Assembly: GCF_032444005.1 (NCBI RefSeq)
Contig: NC_091284.1
Span: forward strand, 692,974,001 to 693,038,000
Direction of reading: 5' to 3'
Length of the DNA: 64,000 bases
DNA from: Ranitomeya imitator
Taxonomy: Eukaryota
The translations under genes were made by a program, and so were the position numbers. Of the stretch, positions 1 to 13,863 are shown in pieces. Under the pieces are notes generated by a model. That model was not told the origin of the DNA. It did not search any database and saw only the letters and a list, made by a program, of their open reading frames with translations. Numbering within the stretch: the stretch's first letter is position 1; each line of letters starts with the position of its first letter.

Positions 1-243
1 GCCTAAGGTTAAGACGCAATACATAAAGTGCAAATGCACATATTAATTTCTAACTGTATTTTCAAAATGAGACATTTAGCAAACAATTGATCAATTCTTT
101 GAGCCACCCAATATGAGATTGCCGTGAAGAGGCGGGGTGGCTCAAAGAATTGATCAATTGTTTGCTAAATGTCTCATTTTGAAAATACAGTTAGAAATTA
201 ATATGTGCATTTGCACTTTATGTATTGCGTCTTAACCTTAGGC
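1..243. repeat. Perfect 109-bp inverted repeat (1-109 vs 135-243) with 25-bp spacer; left arm cut by window edge
   Basis: 1-109 (gcctaagg...gagccaccc) is the reverse complement of 135-243 (gggtggctc...ccttaggc). Confidence 0.95.
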
Positions 244-815
244 TGCGCTGGCTTCTCCCCTTTTTTTGCTCCGTTTTTGGTAAGTGGCTGACCACCACTG
301 TTGCCGTGCGCCGCGCCTGGTTATGTGCGCCATTCTTTCTGTGTCTCAGTGATTGATAGGCTGCTGTTCACATACAGCAGCCCTGCCCTGCCTCAGGCTC
401 TGTTTAATTATGCACCTGTGCCTCAGCCTGTTTAACTCTTCATCTGTGGCTTTAGATGGGCAGTGTGGAGGTTGGATCCGAAATGTCTGTCTGGACCTGG
501 TCAACCTTTATCCTCGCTTGCCTACTCTGGCGCCATGGGGGTGACTCATTATATGCTCCAGGTACAGCATGTTTTTAATGTGGTCTTGCATTTAGTTCAT
601 TTAGGAGGCCTTTATGGCACAGCGAATATAAAAAACGTAGTGTAGGACTGCCCCAATATGAGATTGCCGTGAAGAGGCGGGGTGGCTCAAAGAATTGATC
701 AATTGTTTGCTAAATGTCTCATTTTGAAAATACAGTTAGAAATTAATATGTGCATTCGCACTTCATGTATTGCGTCTTAACCTTAGGCTGCGCTGGCTTC
801 TCCCCTTTTTTTGCT
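107..815. repeat. 164-bp direct repeat pair (107-270 and 652-815)
   Basis: Offset 545 bp; two visible substitutions (catttgcactttatg vs cattcgcacttcatg). Confidence 0.92.
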
Positions 816-3800
816 ACACACACACTCAGCTTTATATATTAGATGTTCACATTTTCTTAGGGTCCTTGGGTAAACGTACCAGTCACAAAAGGAAGCGATG
901 AAACCTGTAGGGGTATGTTCCCACGTTACGTTATCAATGTAAAATTGGGGCAGGCGAGCGCACATTTCACCTTTTGTATTATTCTGCAGACATCTGTGCA
1001 TTTTAAATACTTTGCAATGCAAAGGGAGAGTGCGTGCGCTGGGGGGGATTCCTAAGTCTGCAGTAACACACAGTGTGTGCAGACTTATCGGTTTTATCTG
1101 GACAACCCCTTTTAAGGGCTTGTGCAGACAATCATGTTTTTGGTCCCGAGTGCGACCTGACAAAACATCAGTTCACACTCATGCCAATTTTATTCTGCGG
1201 GGCTGTGCACATGTCCAATTTTTTTTTTCTCCTTGCACAGAGTGTATATTTCAAAAAAGTCCCCATGATCCTCAGCTCCTACCCGCATGACCGTGTATGG
1301 CACGACCTCTTTGTAGTATTTCATAGCTGAACCTACAGTGGGACGTCTGTCCACTAATGGAGCAGGCACAGAGTGCAACGAGCAGGATGAATAGGTTGCA
1401 TGTGATGATGAAGGTCTTAATTAACATTTCCCCCACATAGTGTCCCCTCCATAGCGTGCTGTGTTGTCGAGTTAGTCCGCCATCGGTATAAGGGTTAATA
1501 ATGATCATACTGGAAGCAGAATTGGCATAGTGTTATGTGTAGGAGTAAGTGGCTGGAAATGGGTTTATTATGATCTCTTCAGAGACACGGCACGCTCGGC
1601 TGACTTTATAGCCCAATTTTGTTGGCTTTGTACCATGCTGCTGTGTGTGTGTGTCTGCACATCTCTGGCATAAGTAATTTTCCAGCGGCCACAGCTGGCC
1701 GGCCCCAGTGCAGACGGCTCCAAGTGTGTGTTTTCTTATTATCTAAAGGCGCTGGACCTTGATTGTTAGTACATGAGCCGAGGGAGGGGAAATAGCGGAG
1801 GAGACATTGCACCAAGTCATTGAGCTGAAGAAGTAAACCCACAATTCCCTATTATTCTTTGGACTTGAACTCTGTGACGGCTCAAATAAAAGGATTTGCT
1901 TATGTTGGAACGTGCTTGTTTGTAGAGCCGTCCTGTCAATAGGTAGCCATCGATGGCGGCATGTTACATGCAGGCATCCTGTGATTGTTCAGCACGTAAA
2001 TAGTGTGCGCTTTCAACATTACACAACTGACTTATTAATCAATCTGCGATTTTGTAAAAAAAATGCTAAAAATTTAAAAAAAAAATTTGGACCGAATAGT
2101 GTCACAGACGTCTATACGCACAATGTAATAGTGAGGATGAGTAGTACAAACGTCTTTTTCAAGATGGGTCTGCGATTCTGCCGGTTAATGATTGCTGTAA
2201 GTGCTCTTGGGGTACGTGATCAGGAATTGCTGCAGGTTTTGACTCTGCGTATTTATGCAGCAGCCAGATGTTACAGCATAGTGGATGGGATTTCTAGAAA
2301 ACTCATGTCCACTCTACGCCATAGCCGCCTGCAGTCACTGGCATGCGGTGTGTCTTTCAGGACCGCAGCATGTCAATTTCTCTCGCGGAGACGCTGGTCT
2401 TCACCACAGAAATGTAATCCATAGAATGTATTGAATGCGGTAAATCCACACAGTTCAGTGGATACATGCGGATTTACCTGCGTTCATATGTCCCGTTTGG
2501 GCAGGGTGGACATATAATAGTGGTCCTCTCACCTCTTTGGGACCCGATCACCTACAAAGCAGGAGGAATTGTGCGATATGATGAGCTATTGGACTGCAAA
2601 GAGCCCATGTACTCTGCTTGCACAGGATTCCTTTTCTGTCTGTTAGGCCGGGGTCACACTTGCGAGTTCAATGTGAGAAGCTTGCCCAAGTCTCTGGCAT
2701 CAATACCTGGCACTGCCACCGGCACTCGGGTCCTGAGTGTGCGGCTGCATGAATTGCTATGCAGCTGAACGCTCTGGTCCCGAGTGCCGGCGGCAGTGCT
2801 GGGACTTGAGGAGAGAGACTTGTGCGAGTTTCTCGCATTGAACTCGCAAGTGTGACCCCGGCCTTAGGGCCACACTCAGCGAAGTGAAGCCAAAATCCTT
2901 TGGACCTAAGTTAGGTTGGTGTATGCTAGCTTTCATCTTCAACAGTTTCTGCTCTGTGGAAAAGAACAGCAGACATGCAGTAAAAAAACCTGCAAACATG
3001 TCTGCAGACATTCATCGCATGTTAAAGGGAACCGGTCACCCCCAAAATCGAAGGTGAGCTAAGCCCACCGGCATCAGGGGCTTATCTACAGCATTCTGGA
3101 ATGCTGCAAATGTTAGTTCTTCTATTTTCTGTTTGTACTTTTTGATCGTTCGCTAGTTGTCACTTAGGCTTTCAAAGCATTTTTTTCCCCCTATTCATAT
3201 GAATTGGTGAAAAACGCTGCAAAAACTCTTGAAAGAATTGACATTCTGCAGATATGAAACTGCTCAAATCTACATAAGAAATAAGCAGCGTGAGACTTCA
3301 GAAATGTCATTCACTTTGCCGGTACAGTAAGATGCTGCATTTTTATTTTTCATGGATGTAAAATGTGTGAGCAAGCTGTTAGAGCATAACCCGTATTTAC
3401 TGCATTTGTCCATTAATAACGTTTCTCTTGGCAGGAAAAACGCTGCTTAAAATACTCACATTTTTGCTGTGTTTTTTGCATGTGCTGCGTTTAAACACCG
3501 GAAAAATGCGGCAAAATAAATACCTTGCGAACAAGCTCTTAGAACTATAATTCTTATTTCTATACATACTCTACATTACAGAGGGGACTTGTACAGACAA
3601 AAAAGACATTACGGAATAACTCATAAAATTCAACAGATACCAAGAGGAGTGAGGGCCTGCTCACAGGCTTAGTCTGAGGAAATAGGGGAGACACAAAAGG
3701 TAAATGGTAAAAAGTGCCTGTATGGAACGGTCCATCAATAAAATTCAGCCCTTTTTATTGACATCGAGCACTACTCAGCAACTGCAGATTCCAATGCAGA

Positions 3801-3858
3801 TTTGCCGGCCATATCCACAGCGACATCCGGTGACCAATTGACAGGCCGTGGACTGTAA

Positions 3859-4731
3859 AGGGGTTGTCCACTGCTAGGACAACCACTTTTGAAATATTTG
3901 TCCCCCTTAAAATAATAAAGCTTCCCGTGCTGGCGCCATTCCCGCGTTGTCGGCACTTGCTCTCTCGGGGTCTCCGGTGTGGTTGTTGTGACGCCGGTGC
4001 CCAGTCAGCGCCGCCTTCGGACAAATCGAACATGAAGAGGAAGTGCTCAATTCGTCAGGAGGCAGGGACAGTGACACCAGCGCTGATTGGCCAGCAGGGT
4101 CACGTGTGAGAGCAACCGCACGAGAAGCCCCGGGAGAGTGAGTGCCGACACCGCGGGAACGGGGCGCCAGCACGGGAGGTGAATGTAAGGCTTCTTTCAC
4201 ACTTCAGTTGTTTGGCGTCAGTCACTTCCGACATAGTGACGGATCCGTCACAATTGTTGAGAAAACGGTTCTAACGGATCCGTTTTTTTGACGGATCCGT
4301 TACTTGGGGGTTGTCTGGGAAAAGTATCTACTTTTTGGAGCATGCGCAATTGAAAAAGCGGATTTTGGGCGACGGATCCGCCGAAATGACGGTCGCGACG
4401 GATCCGTCGCCCATAGGCGGCCATTTCCGGATCCATCGCGATCCGCCATTTTGGCGTTGACAAAAAACAATGTCCGTCTATGTCTAGATCACGTCCGCCA
4501 AATTTCGACGGATCCGTCGCATGGCGGATGGAACGGACGACCATTCGTCACAATCCGTCGCTAATGCAAGTCTATGGGAAAATAGCGGATCCGTAAAAAA
4601 AAAAAATGACGGATCCGTTATTTGAGGAAAATGGCGGTTTTAAACTGACGCCAAACAACTGAAGTGTGAAAGAGGCCTAAGCTGTAGTATTTCATGAGGG
4701 GTAGACGTTGTCCAGGTAGTGGACAACTTCT
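3859..4731. mobile_element. Degenerate Kolobok/T2-type MITE interrupted by a Harbinger-type MITE
   Basis: Ends aggggttgtccact / agtggacaacttct are near-inverted; flanks gtaa/ttga resemble a decayed TTAA TSD. Confidence 0.5.
4189..4677. mobile_element. PIF/Harbinger-type MITE
   Basis: About 34-bp TIRs (ggcttctttcacacttcagttgtttggcgtcagt / actgacgccaaacaactgaagtgtgaaagaggcc); TAA TSD on both sides. Confidence 0.85.
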
Positions 4732-5158
4732 TTGAACCCTTAATACCAGTCAACATACAATGCAGATTTTCTGGGACTTCATGAACTCTTCCCCAAAAGC
4801 TTCTTCCATAATCATGAAGTGAAGCGGATGTTCACCATTTTTGCGCAGTGCTGAGAGAGTGACAGCTGGACCTGCAGCCCCCCGCTGCCTGCACCATACA
4901 GCCTGTTGGTTGATGCCGCCATATAGTTGTGCTCAGCTGACATTTTTCTAATGTGTGTCTTTTTTATTTGCTCTGTATTTTACACCTTTTTCCTGAGTTC
5001 CCATAAGGTAAAGTGCTGATTAGAAAGCGTGTGTGCAGACATGCCTTCAGAGTTCTCTGCTCCTGAAGTGTTCTGTCTTTATTACATTTCTGTATCCAGA
5101 CAATGGGCGAGTTCTTCTTGGATGAGTCCTTTTCAGGTCCCTCCTTTTTACTTTATAA

Positions 5159-5506
5159 GGGTATGTGCACACGTATCTGTGAGGGCTGTGGATTTTTCCG
5201 CAGCGGATTTGATAAATCCGCAGTGCAAAACCGCTGCGTTTTTTCCTGCGGATTTATCGTGGTTTCTATTGCTGATTCCGCTGCGGGTTTACACCTGCAG
5301 TTTTCTATTGGAGCAGGTGTAAACCCACGGCGGAATCCGCACAAAGAATTGACATGCTGCGGAATGTAAACCGCTGCGTTTCCACGCGTTTTTTTTCCGC
5401 AGTATGTGCACTGTGGATTTCGTTTCCCATAGGTTTACATTATACTGTAAACACATGGGAAACCGCTGCAGATCCACAGCAAAATCCGCAGCGTGTGCAC
5501 ATACCC
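5159..5506. mobile_element. PIF/Harbinger-type MITE (gggtatgtgcacacg family)
   Basis: TIR gggtatgtgcacacg / cgtgtgcacataccc; TAA TSD at 5156-5158 and 5507-5509. Confidence 0.88.
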
Positions 5507-5751
5507 TAAAGTGCTCTTTACTTCTCCCCTGCAGTGGCAGGGAAGTAGGAGTCTTCACTCTCGGCCCCGGGCCTCGGAATGCCGAAGTGTCCAAAAATGA
5601 ATTTCTATTCACATTGAACACTATTAAATATTTTGAAAGAAAAATCTGTTGAATTAACATTGTTGGGTGGACTAGATCTCCTATCTCCTTAAAGGGAATG
5701 TTTCTTTAGAAAATAAAACTGTTTTTAATCTGATTTTTGTGTTAATCAATA

Positions 5752-5952
5752 NNNNNNNNNNNNNNNNNNNNNNNNNNNNNNNNNNNNNNNNNNNNNNNNN
5801 NNNNNNNNNNNNNNNNNNNNNNNNNNNNNNNNNNNNNNNNNNNNNNNNNNNNNNNNNNNNNNNNNNNNNNNNNNNNNNNNNNNNNNNNNNNNNNNNNNNN
5901 NNNNNNNNNNNNNNNNNNNNNNNNNNNNNNNNNNNNNNNNNNNNNNNNNNNN
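5752..5952. other. Assembly gap (201 N)
   Basis: Run of N. Confidence 1.
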
Positions 5953-6088
5953 CTGACAGCGGTGGAACATACGTCGGGGTGCATTCAGTGAGCATTAAAG
6001 CACACGGTGAGAGATTTTATTTTCCTTTCCCTACCCTCTCCCCTCTATGCCCACTATGTCGGGCACATCTAACTGATATAAAGCCTAA

Positions 6089-7164
6089 GGCTATGTGCAC
6101 ACGTTGCGGATTAAGGTACCGTCACACTAGACGATATCGCTAGCGATCCGTGACGTTGCAGCCTCCTCGCTAGCGATATCGTCCAGTGTGACAGGCAGCA
6201 GCGATCAGGCCCCTGCTGTGCTGTCGCTGGTCGGGGAAGAAAGTCCAGAACTTAATTTTGTCGCTGGACTCCCCGCAGACATCGCTGAATCGGCGTGTGT
6301 GACACCGATTCGGCGATGTCTTCGCTGGTAACCAGGGAAAACATCGGGTAACTAAGCGCAGGGCCGCGCTTAGTAACCCGATGTTTACCCTGGTTACCAT
6401 CCTAAAAGTAAAAAAAAACAAACGCTACATACTTACCTACCGCTGTCTGTCCTCGGCGCTCTGCTTCTCTGGTCTGGCTGTGAGCACAGCGGCCGGAAAG
6501 CAGAGCTGTGACGTCACCGCTCTGCTTTCTGGCTGCCCGGCGCTCACAGCCAGAGCAGAGAAGCAGAGCGCCGAGGACAGACAGCGGTAGGTAAGTATGT
6601 AGCGTTTGTTTTTTTACTTTTAGGATGGTAACCAGGGTAAACATCGGGTTACTAAGCGCGGCCCTGCGCTTAGTAACCCGATGTTTACCCTGGTTACCGG
6701 GGACTTCGGCATCGTTGGTCGCTGGAGAGCTGTCTGTGTGACAGCTCTCCAGCGACCAAACAGCGACGTTGCAGCGATCCGGATCGTTGTCGGTATCGCT
6801 GCAGCGTCGCTTAGTGTGACGGTACCTTTAGGCTTAGGAATTTCTGGTGCGGATTCTGCCTCTCCTGGCAGAAAACGCACTTGCGGATTTGTCGTGTTTT
6901 TTCTCCAATTTTGCTGCGGTTTTCTTGCGGATTTCTATAATGGAATGGGTACAAAAACGCTGCAGATTCACAAAAAAGAAGTGACATGTTACTTCTTTTA
7001 AACCGCAGCGTTTCCGCAGCGGATTTTCTGCAAAGTGTGCACAGCGGTTTTTTTTTTCTCATTGATTTACATTGTACTGTAAATCAATTGCGGATCTGCA
7101 GCGTTTCTGCACCTCAAAAAAACGCTGCGGATCCGCAGTGAATCCGCAACGTGTGCACATACCC
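6089..7164. mobile_element. PIF/Harbinger-type MITE (ggctatgtgcacacg family) containing a nested MITE
   Basis: TIR ggctatgtgcacacgttgcgga / tccgcaacgtgtgcacataccc; flanks taa/gta. Confidence 0.8.
6114..6827. mobile_element. PIF/Harbinger-type MITE (aggtaccgtcacact family), nested
   Basis: TIR aggtaccgtcacact / agtgtgacggtacct; TTA TSD; extensive internal palindromes; near-identical to 9212-9936. Confidence 0.9.
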
Positions 7165-7390
7165 GTAGAGAGCTGGTTGACATGTATGGCAATTTCCCAG
7201 GTGGTAATTTGTGAACATTAATTATGAAAGGGCCTTGATTTATTTAAGAGGGATTCATCCTATTTATTTATTTCTTTATTTTTTTCTTGTTGATATTCAG
7301 GGAAGGGATTATTTTCATCTATTGTCCTCACCTACCCATTACCTATATAATTGTCATGATACAAAGTAAATGGTGTGCTGAGTGCTTTAA

Positions 7391-7720
7391 AGGGACACTG
7401 TCACCTGAATTTGGAGGGAACAATCTTCAGCCATGGAGGTGGGGTTTTCGGGTGTTTGATTCACCCTTTCCTTACCCGCTGGCTGCATGCTGGCTGCAAT
7501 ATTGGATTGAAGTTCATTCTCTGTCCTCCGTAGTACATGCCTGCACAAGGTGCAATCTTGCCTTGCACAGGCGTGTACTATGGAGGACAGAAAATGAACT
7601 TCAATCCAATATTGCAGCCAGCATGCAGCCAGCGGGTAAGGAAAGGGTGAATCAAACACCCGAAAACCCCGCCTCCATGGCTGAAGATTGTTCCCTCCAA
7701 ATTCAGGTGACAGTGTCCCT
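7391..7720. mobile_element. Kolobok/T2-type palindromic MITE
   Basis: TTAA on both sides; long TIR agggacactgtcacctgaatttggagggaacaatcttcagccatggag; second copy at 43538-43865. Confidence 0.88.
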
Positions 7721-7800
7721 TTAATCTTTCTGTTTTTTTTTCTATAACACATCTATTTATACTGTCTGTGTCTTTATGAGCATTTTTTGTATTGTGATTA

Positions 7801-7804
<4 letters not shown>

Positions 7805-7878
<74 letters not shown>
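7805..7878. repeat. (AT)n microsatellite
   Basis: Uninterrupted dinucleotide run. Confidence 0.98.
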
Positions 7879-7882
<4 letters not shown>

Positions 7883-7936
7883 TTTTAGATGGTGGCCCGA
7901 TTCTAACGCATCGGGTATTCTAGAATATGCATGCCC

Positions 7937-8250
7937 ACGTAGTATATTGCACAGCCACGTAGTATATTGCACAGCTCATGTAGTATATTGCACAGCTCAT
8001 GTAGTATATTGCACAGCCATGTAGTATATTGCACAGCCCACGTAGTATATTGCCCAGTGACTGAGTATACAGCACAGAGCCACGTAGTATATTGGCCATA
8101 AAAGCACAGATGATTGGCCTCGGGGAGACCAAAACATCCAACACCGCGGAGACACCATCACGTGTTTCTCAACGCAGGGATTCCAGATGCATGTAAAGAA
8201 GCTGCCAAGCATGGTATATTGGCCAGTCACGTAGTATATTACCCAGCCAC
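7937..8250. repeat. About 20-bp tandem repeat (gtagtatattgcacagccac) inside the Helitron-like element
   Basis: At least 8 degenerate units. Confidence 0.85.
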
Positions 8251-9211
8251 GTATGTGACAGGTTAAAAAATAAACATATACTCACCTTCCGAGGGCCCCT
8301 TGTAGTTCGGTCACTTGACCGTGACATCATGGCAGGTCCTTCCCGCGCAGGCGTGTAAGACCTGTGATGAAGTTGCGGTCACATGACCGTGACGGCATGG
8401 CAGGTCCTTTTCCCATACCGTCCTTGGCACCGGAAACCTGCCGCTTGCATGGAGCGGTCACCGGAGCGTCACGAAAGGTGAGTATATAATGATTATTTTT
8501 AACATTAAATATTTTTACTATTGATTCTGCATAGGCAGCATTAGGGTTAAGCGAAACGGATCGGTCATTTTCATAAGTCGCCGACTTTTTGCAAAGTCGG
8601 GTTTCATGAAACCCGACCCGATCCCTGTGTGGGGTCGGCCACGCGGTCGGCGTTTCCTATGACTCGTTCAGCGCCATTTCTCAGCCAATGAAGGTGGACG
8701 CAGAGTGTGGGCAGCGTGATGACATGGGTCCTGGTCCCCACCATCTTAGAGAAGGGCATGGCAGTGATTGGCTTGCTTTCTGCGGCGTCACAGGGGCTAT
8801 AAAGGGGCGTTCCCGCCGACCGCCATCTTACTGCTGCTGATCTGAGCTTAGGGAGAGGTTGCTGCCGCTTCGTCAGAAGCAGGGATAGCGTTAGGCAGGG
8901 TCCATTAACCCCCAAACCGCTTGTGCTGAAGCGATTTCCACTGTCCAACACCACCATTTCTTTGCAGGGACAGTGGAGGCTAGATTTTTCTTCATCAGCT
9001 CTGTAGCTTATTGGGCTGCCCTAGAAGGCTCCCTGATAGCTGCATTGCTGTGTGTACGCCGCTGTGCAAACAAACTGCTTTTTTCAAAGCACAAATCCTG
9101 TTGCTCCTTCCTTTCTGCACAGCTGTCTTGTTTGTCCACACTTTTGTGTGCAGCAGTCCTTTTTAATGCTGCCTGCCATACTTTTCTGAGATTACTGTAG
9201 GGAGATCGTAA

Positions 9212-9936
9212 AGGTACCGTCACACTAGACGATATCGCTAGCGATCCGTGACGTTGCAGCGTCCTCGCTAGCGATACCGTCCAGTGTGACAGGCAGCAGC
9301 GATCAGGCCCCTGCTGTGCTGTCGCTGGTCGGGGAAGAAAGTCCAGAACTTTATTTGGTCGCTGGACTCCCCGCAGACATCGCTGAATCGGCGTGTGTGA
9401 CACCGATTCAGCGATGTCTTCACTGGTAACCAGGGTAAACATCGGGTAACTAAGCGCAGGGCCGCGCTTAGTAACCCGATGTTTACCCTGGTTACCATCC
9501 TAAAAGTAAAAAAAAACAAACACTACATACTTACCTACCGCTGTCTGTCCTCCAGCGCTGTGCTCTGCACTCCTCCTGCTCTGGCTGTGAGCGTCGGTCA
9601 GCCGGAAAGCAGAGCGGTGACGTCACCGCTCTGCTTTCCGGCCGCTGTGCTCACAGCCAGTACAGGAGGAGTGCCGAGCACAGCGCTGGAGGACAGACGG
9701 CTGTAGGTAAGTATGTAGTGTTTGTTTTTTTTTACTTTTAGGATGGTAACCAGGGTAAACATCGGGTTACTAAGCGCGGCCCTGCGCTTAGTTACCTGAT
9801 GTTTACCCTGGTTACCAGCATCGTTGGTCGCTGGAGAGCTGTCTGTGTGACAGCTCTCCAACGACCAAATAGCGACGCTGCAGCGATCCGTATCATTGTC
9901 GGTATCGCTGCAGCGTCGCTAAGTGTGACGGTACCT
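9212..9936. mobile_element. PIF/Harbinger-type MITE nested in the hAT
   Basis: TIR aggtaccgtcacact / agtgtgacggtacct; TAA TSD at 9209-9211 and 9937-9939. Confidence 0.9.
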
Positions 9937-10418
9937 TAATTGTAGTACAGTCCCTTTTTTTTTTTTTTTTTGTTATATCTCTTCAAGCCACTTTCTGCCA
10001 CAGAAAATATACTCTAATACAGTGGCCGTGATTTCTTCACAATTCTCCCAGAAAAAATAAAAAAGTGGGAGATTAAGATTGGCAAATCTGCATCTGTGCC
10101 AGTCCTGTATGTGGCATCTGTCTGTCATTTTCTGCCACAGAAAATATACTGTATTACAGTGGGCCTGATTTATTCACTTTTCTCTCAGAAAAAATAAAAA
10201 GGGGGAGATTTTTATTGGCAGTGTGTGCATCTGCGTCAGTCCTGTTAATGGCATATCTGTCTGCCACTTAAGCTGTGTACTGTTATACAGTGGGCCTGAT
10301 TTTCCCTGCAGTCTCACCCACCTATAAAGGGTAATTTAAATTCAGCACAAGTTTGCGTACACCTTGTAATTGTTTTTACAGTACCAAATACTGTTTGTTT
10401 GGTTACATTTTTCTAAGA

Positions 10419-13400
10419 ATGAGGAAGTCTGGTGGAAGAGGTCGTGGCCGTGGGCGGTCATTGCCAGCTGGTAATGATGGTAGTGGTGGTGGAGCATCAG
10501 GTGGTCGTCGGAAAATCAATATAGCACCTAAGTCTCGAGTTGTTGAGCCAGCGTCATCGTCTGGCTACACAAGGCCTCAAACGCTCCCTTTTCTGGGAGT
10601 AGGAAAACCGGAGCAGCAGGAACAAGTTTTGGCTTTCCTTACTGACTCTGCCTCTAGCTCTTTCGCCTCCTCTTCGGAAAGTGCAAAATGTAAAAGCAGC
10701 GCGTAGTCAGTGGATGTTCCCGGTCAGGGACAAGTCACTTCCTTGTCGTCTTCACCCAGCACAACAGAGAAGGATGCGTCAGGCGACACAACGGGTTACT
10801 CCATGGAGCTCTTTACACATACCGTTCCTGGGTTAGAAAGGGAAATTAACAGGCCATGCCCATTACAAGATCCGACATGGAGTGCACAGCCACAGCCAGA
10901 TTATTATGCTGTTCCTTTGACTCGATCAGAACATTGCCCTCGCAGTGTACTGAGCCAGAATCTGACCCTGATGAGACTGTGGAGCCCCGTCACGAACGCT
11001 GTAGCACCGGCTTACACGGTGACACACAGGAAGGTGCACAGGACATAGAAGAGGAGGTCACAGATGACCCAGTTGTTGACCCCGATTGGCAGCCATTGGG
11101 GTAACAGGGTGCAGGCGGCAGTAGCTCTGAAGCGGAGGAGGAGAAGCCGCAGCAGGCATCAACATGGCAACAGGTTCCATCTGGCAGGCCCCTATCTGGC
11201 CAAAAACGTGTGGCAAAACCAAAACCAGTTGTAGGACAGAGTGGCCATCCGGTTAAAGTAGCTCAGTGTGCTATGCCTGAAAAAATATCCGATAGTAGGA
11301 AGAGTGCAGCCTGGCATTTTTTTAAACAAGATCCAAATGATCAGTGCAAAGTCATCTGTAAAATATGCTCAAGGACCTTCAGCAGAGGTCAGAATGTTAA
11401 AAATCTAAATACAAGTTGCATGCGTAGACATTTAACCACCATGCACTTGCAAGCCTGGACTAACTACCTAACGTCCTTTAACGTTGTAGCACCCTCTCAC
11501 AATGAAGCTAGTCAGCAACGCTACATCCCTTCCCTCACTGTAAGCCCACCGTTTACCACACCACCTACAGTAAATGTGGAGGTTTCGTCGCAAGGCCAAA
11601 GCAGTCAGGGAATCACCAGGTTCGTGGTAGGAAACACTGTATGTAGGGAAACAGCAAGAATACCATCACCAACCCTCTGTCTGCCATGTCCACCGGCACC
11701 CCCGCTTGTTCCACCATATGCAGCTCTCCTGTCCAGCTCACCCTACATGAGACTCTCGTTAGGAAAAGGAAGTACTCATCCTCGCATCTGCGTACACAGG
11801 GTTTGAACGCCCACATTGCTAAACTAATCTCGTTAGAGATGATGCCCTACCGGTTAGTTGAAAGCGAAGCTTTCAAAGCCCTGATGGACTACGCTGTACC
11901 ACGCTACGAGCTACCCAGTCGACACTTCTTTTCGAGAAAAGCCATCCCAGCCCTCCACCAGCATGTAAAAGACCACATTGTCCATGCACTCAGGCAATCT
12001 GTGAGTAGAAAGGTGCACCTGACAACAGATGCATGGACCAGTAGGCATGGCCAGGGACGTTACGTGTCCATCACGGCACACTGGGTTAATGTAGTGGATG
12101 CAGGGTCCACAGGGGACAGCAATATTGGGACAGTTCTGCCTAGCCCACGGTCTAGGAAACAGTTGGCTGTAGGTGTTCGCCCCCCCCCTCCTCCTCGTCC
12201 TCCAGCAGAAGCGAGAGCTCGACCGCAGTGGCACGACCACTCCATCCGCAGCTGGCACTGTTGCACACGAAGTGTCCCATTATGGAACAGCTAGTGGCAA
12301 GCGTCAGCAGGCTGTATTGGCAATGAAGTGTTTGGGCGACAACAGACACACCGCGGAAGTTCTGTCCGAGTTCTTGCAGCAAGAAACTCAGTCATGGCTG
12401 GGCAGTGTACATCTTGAGGCAGGCAAGGTAGTGAGTGATAACTGAAAGAATTTTATGGCTGCCATAGCCCTTTCCCAACTGAAACACATTCCTTGCCTGG
12501 CTCACACCTTAAACCTGGTGGTGCAGTGCTTCCTGAAAAGTTATCCGGGGTTACCCGACCTGCTCCTCAAAGTGCGCAGACTTTGCTCGCACATCCGCCG
12601 TTCGCCCGTACACTCCAGCCGTATGCAGAACCATCAGCGGTCTTTGAACCTTCCCCAGCATCGCCTAATCATCGACTTTGCAACAAGGCGGAACTCCATA
12701 CTGCACATGCTTCAGAGACTGTGCGAACAGAGTGTTGCTGTTATGTATTTGTGGGAGGATACACATACACGTGCAGGCAGTTGGATGGCAGACATGGAGT
12801 TGTCAGGTGTGCAGTGGTCAAAGCTACAAGACATGTCAAATCCTTCAGTGTTTTGAGGAATGCACACGGCTGGTTAGTACAGACAACGCCAAAATAAGCG
12901 TGAGCATCCCCCTAATGCGTCTGCTGATGCAAAGTTTGATGCACGTAAAGGAGCAGGCGTCTGCAGCCGAGGACGAGGGAAGCCTTGATGAGTCAGCCAT
13001 TGTCTGGTCAGGGAAGTCTACAGGACGAGGTGGCGGGTGAAGAGGAGGATGATGGGGATGAGTATTTTTTGGATGAGGAAGCTTCTCAGGGGGCAATAGA
13101 AACTGGTGGCGTTGCAAGGCCGGGTTCAGGGTTTTTGAGGGAGACAAGTGACGTTGATTTGCCCGAAAGTGCTCCTCAACCCAGCACAAGCACTGATTTG
13201 ACAACTGGAACATTGACCCACATGGCGGATTATGCCTTGCGTATCCTCAAAAGGGACCCACGCATTATAAAAATGATGACTGATGACGATTACTGGTTGG
13301 CCTGCCTCCTTGAGCCTCGCTATAAAGGCAAATTGTAAAATATCATGCCACATGAGAACCTCGAACAAATATTAGCAACCAAACAAGCAACTCTTGTAGA

Positions 13401-13863
13401 CCGTTTGATTCAGGCATTCCCAGCACACAGCGCCGGTGATGGTTCTCACATGAGCTGCAGGGGGCAACAGGTTAGAGGTGCAGAAATCAGAAGTGGCGTT
13501 GGACAGAGGGGTTTTCTGACCAGGTTGTGGAGTGATTTCGCAATGACCGCAGACATTACAGGTACTGCAGCATCAATTCAAAGTGACAGGAGACAACATT
13601 TGTCCAGTATGGTTACTAACTATTTTTCCTCCCTTATCGATGTTCTCCCTCAACCGTCATTCCCATTTGATTACTGGGCATCCAAAATAGACACCTGGCC
13701 TAAATTGGCCGAATATGCATTGCAGGAGCTTGCTTGCCCAGCAGCTAGTGTGCTATCAGAAAGAGTATTCAGTGCTGCTGGTTCAATATTGACCGAAAAA
13801 AGGACTCGCCTGGGTACCCAAAATGTTGATGATCTAACCTTCATTAAAATGAACCACTCATGA
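10419..13863 (+). pseudogene. Disrupted hAT (Ac/ZBED-like) transposase
   Basis: BED finger (SAAWHFF...CKIC...MRRHLTTMH); first catalytic Asp (VHLTTDAWTS); CLAHTLNLVVQ motif; C-terminal dimerisation domain (ACPAASVLSERVFSAAG); split over several frames by stops and frameshifts. Confidence 0.92.

Noticed and set aside
5681-6143. ORFs containing X runs
   Set aside because: Artefacts of translating across the N gap.
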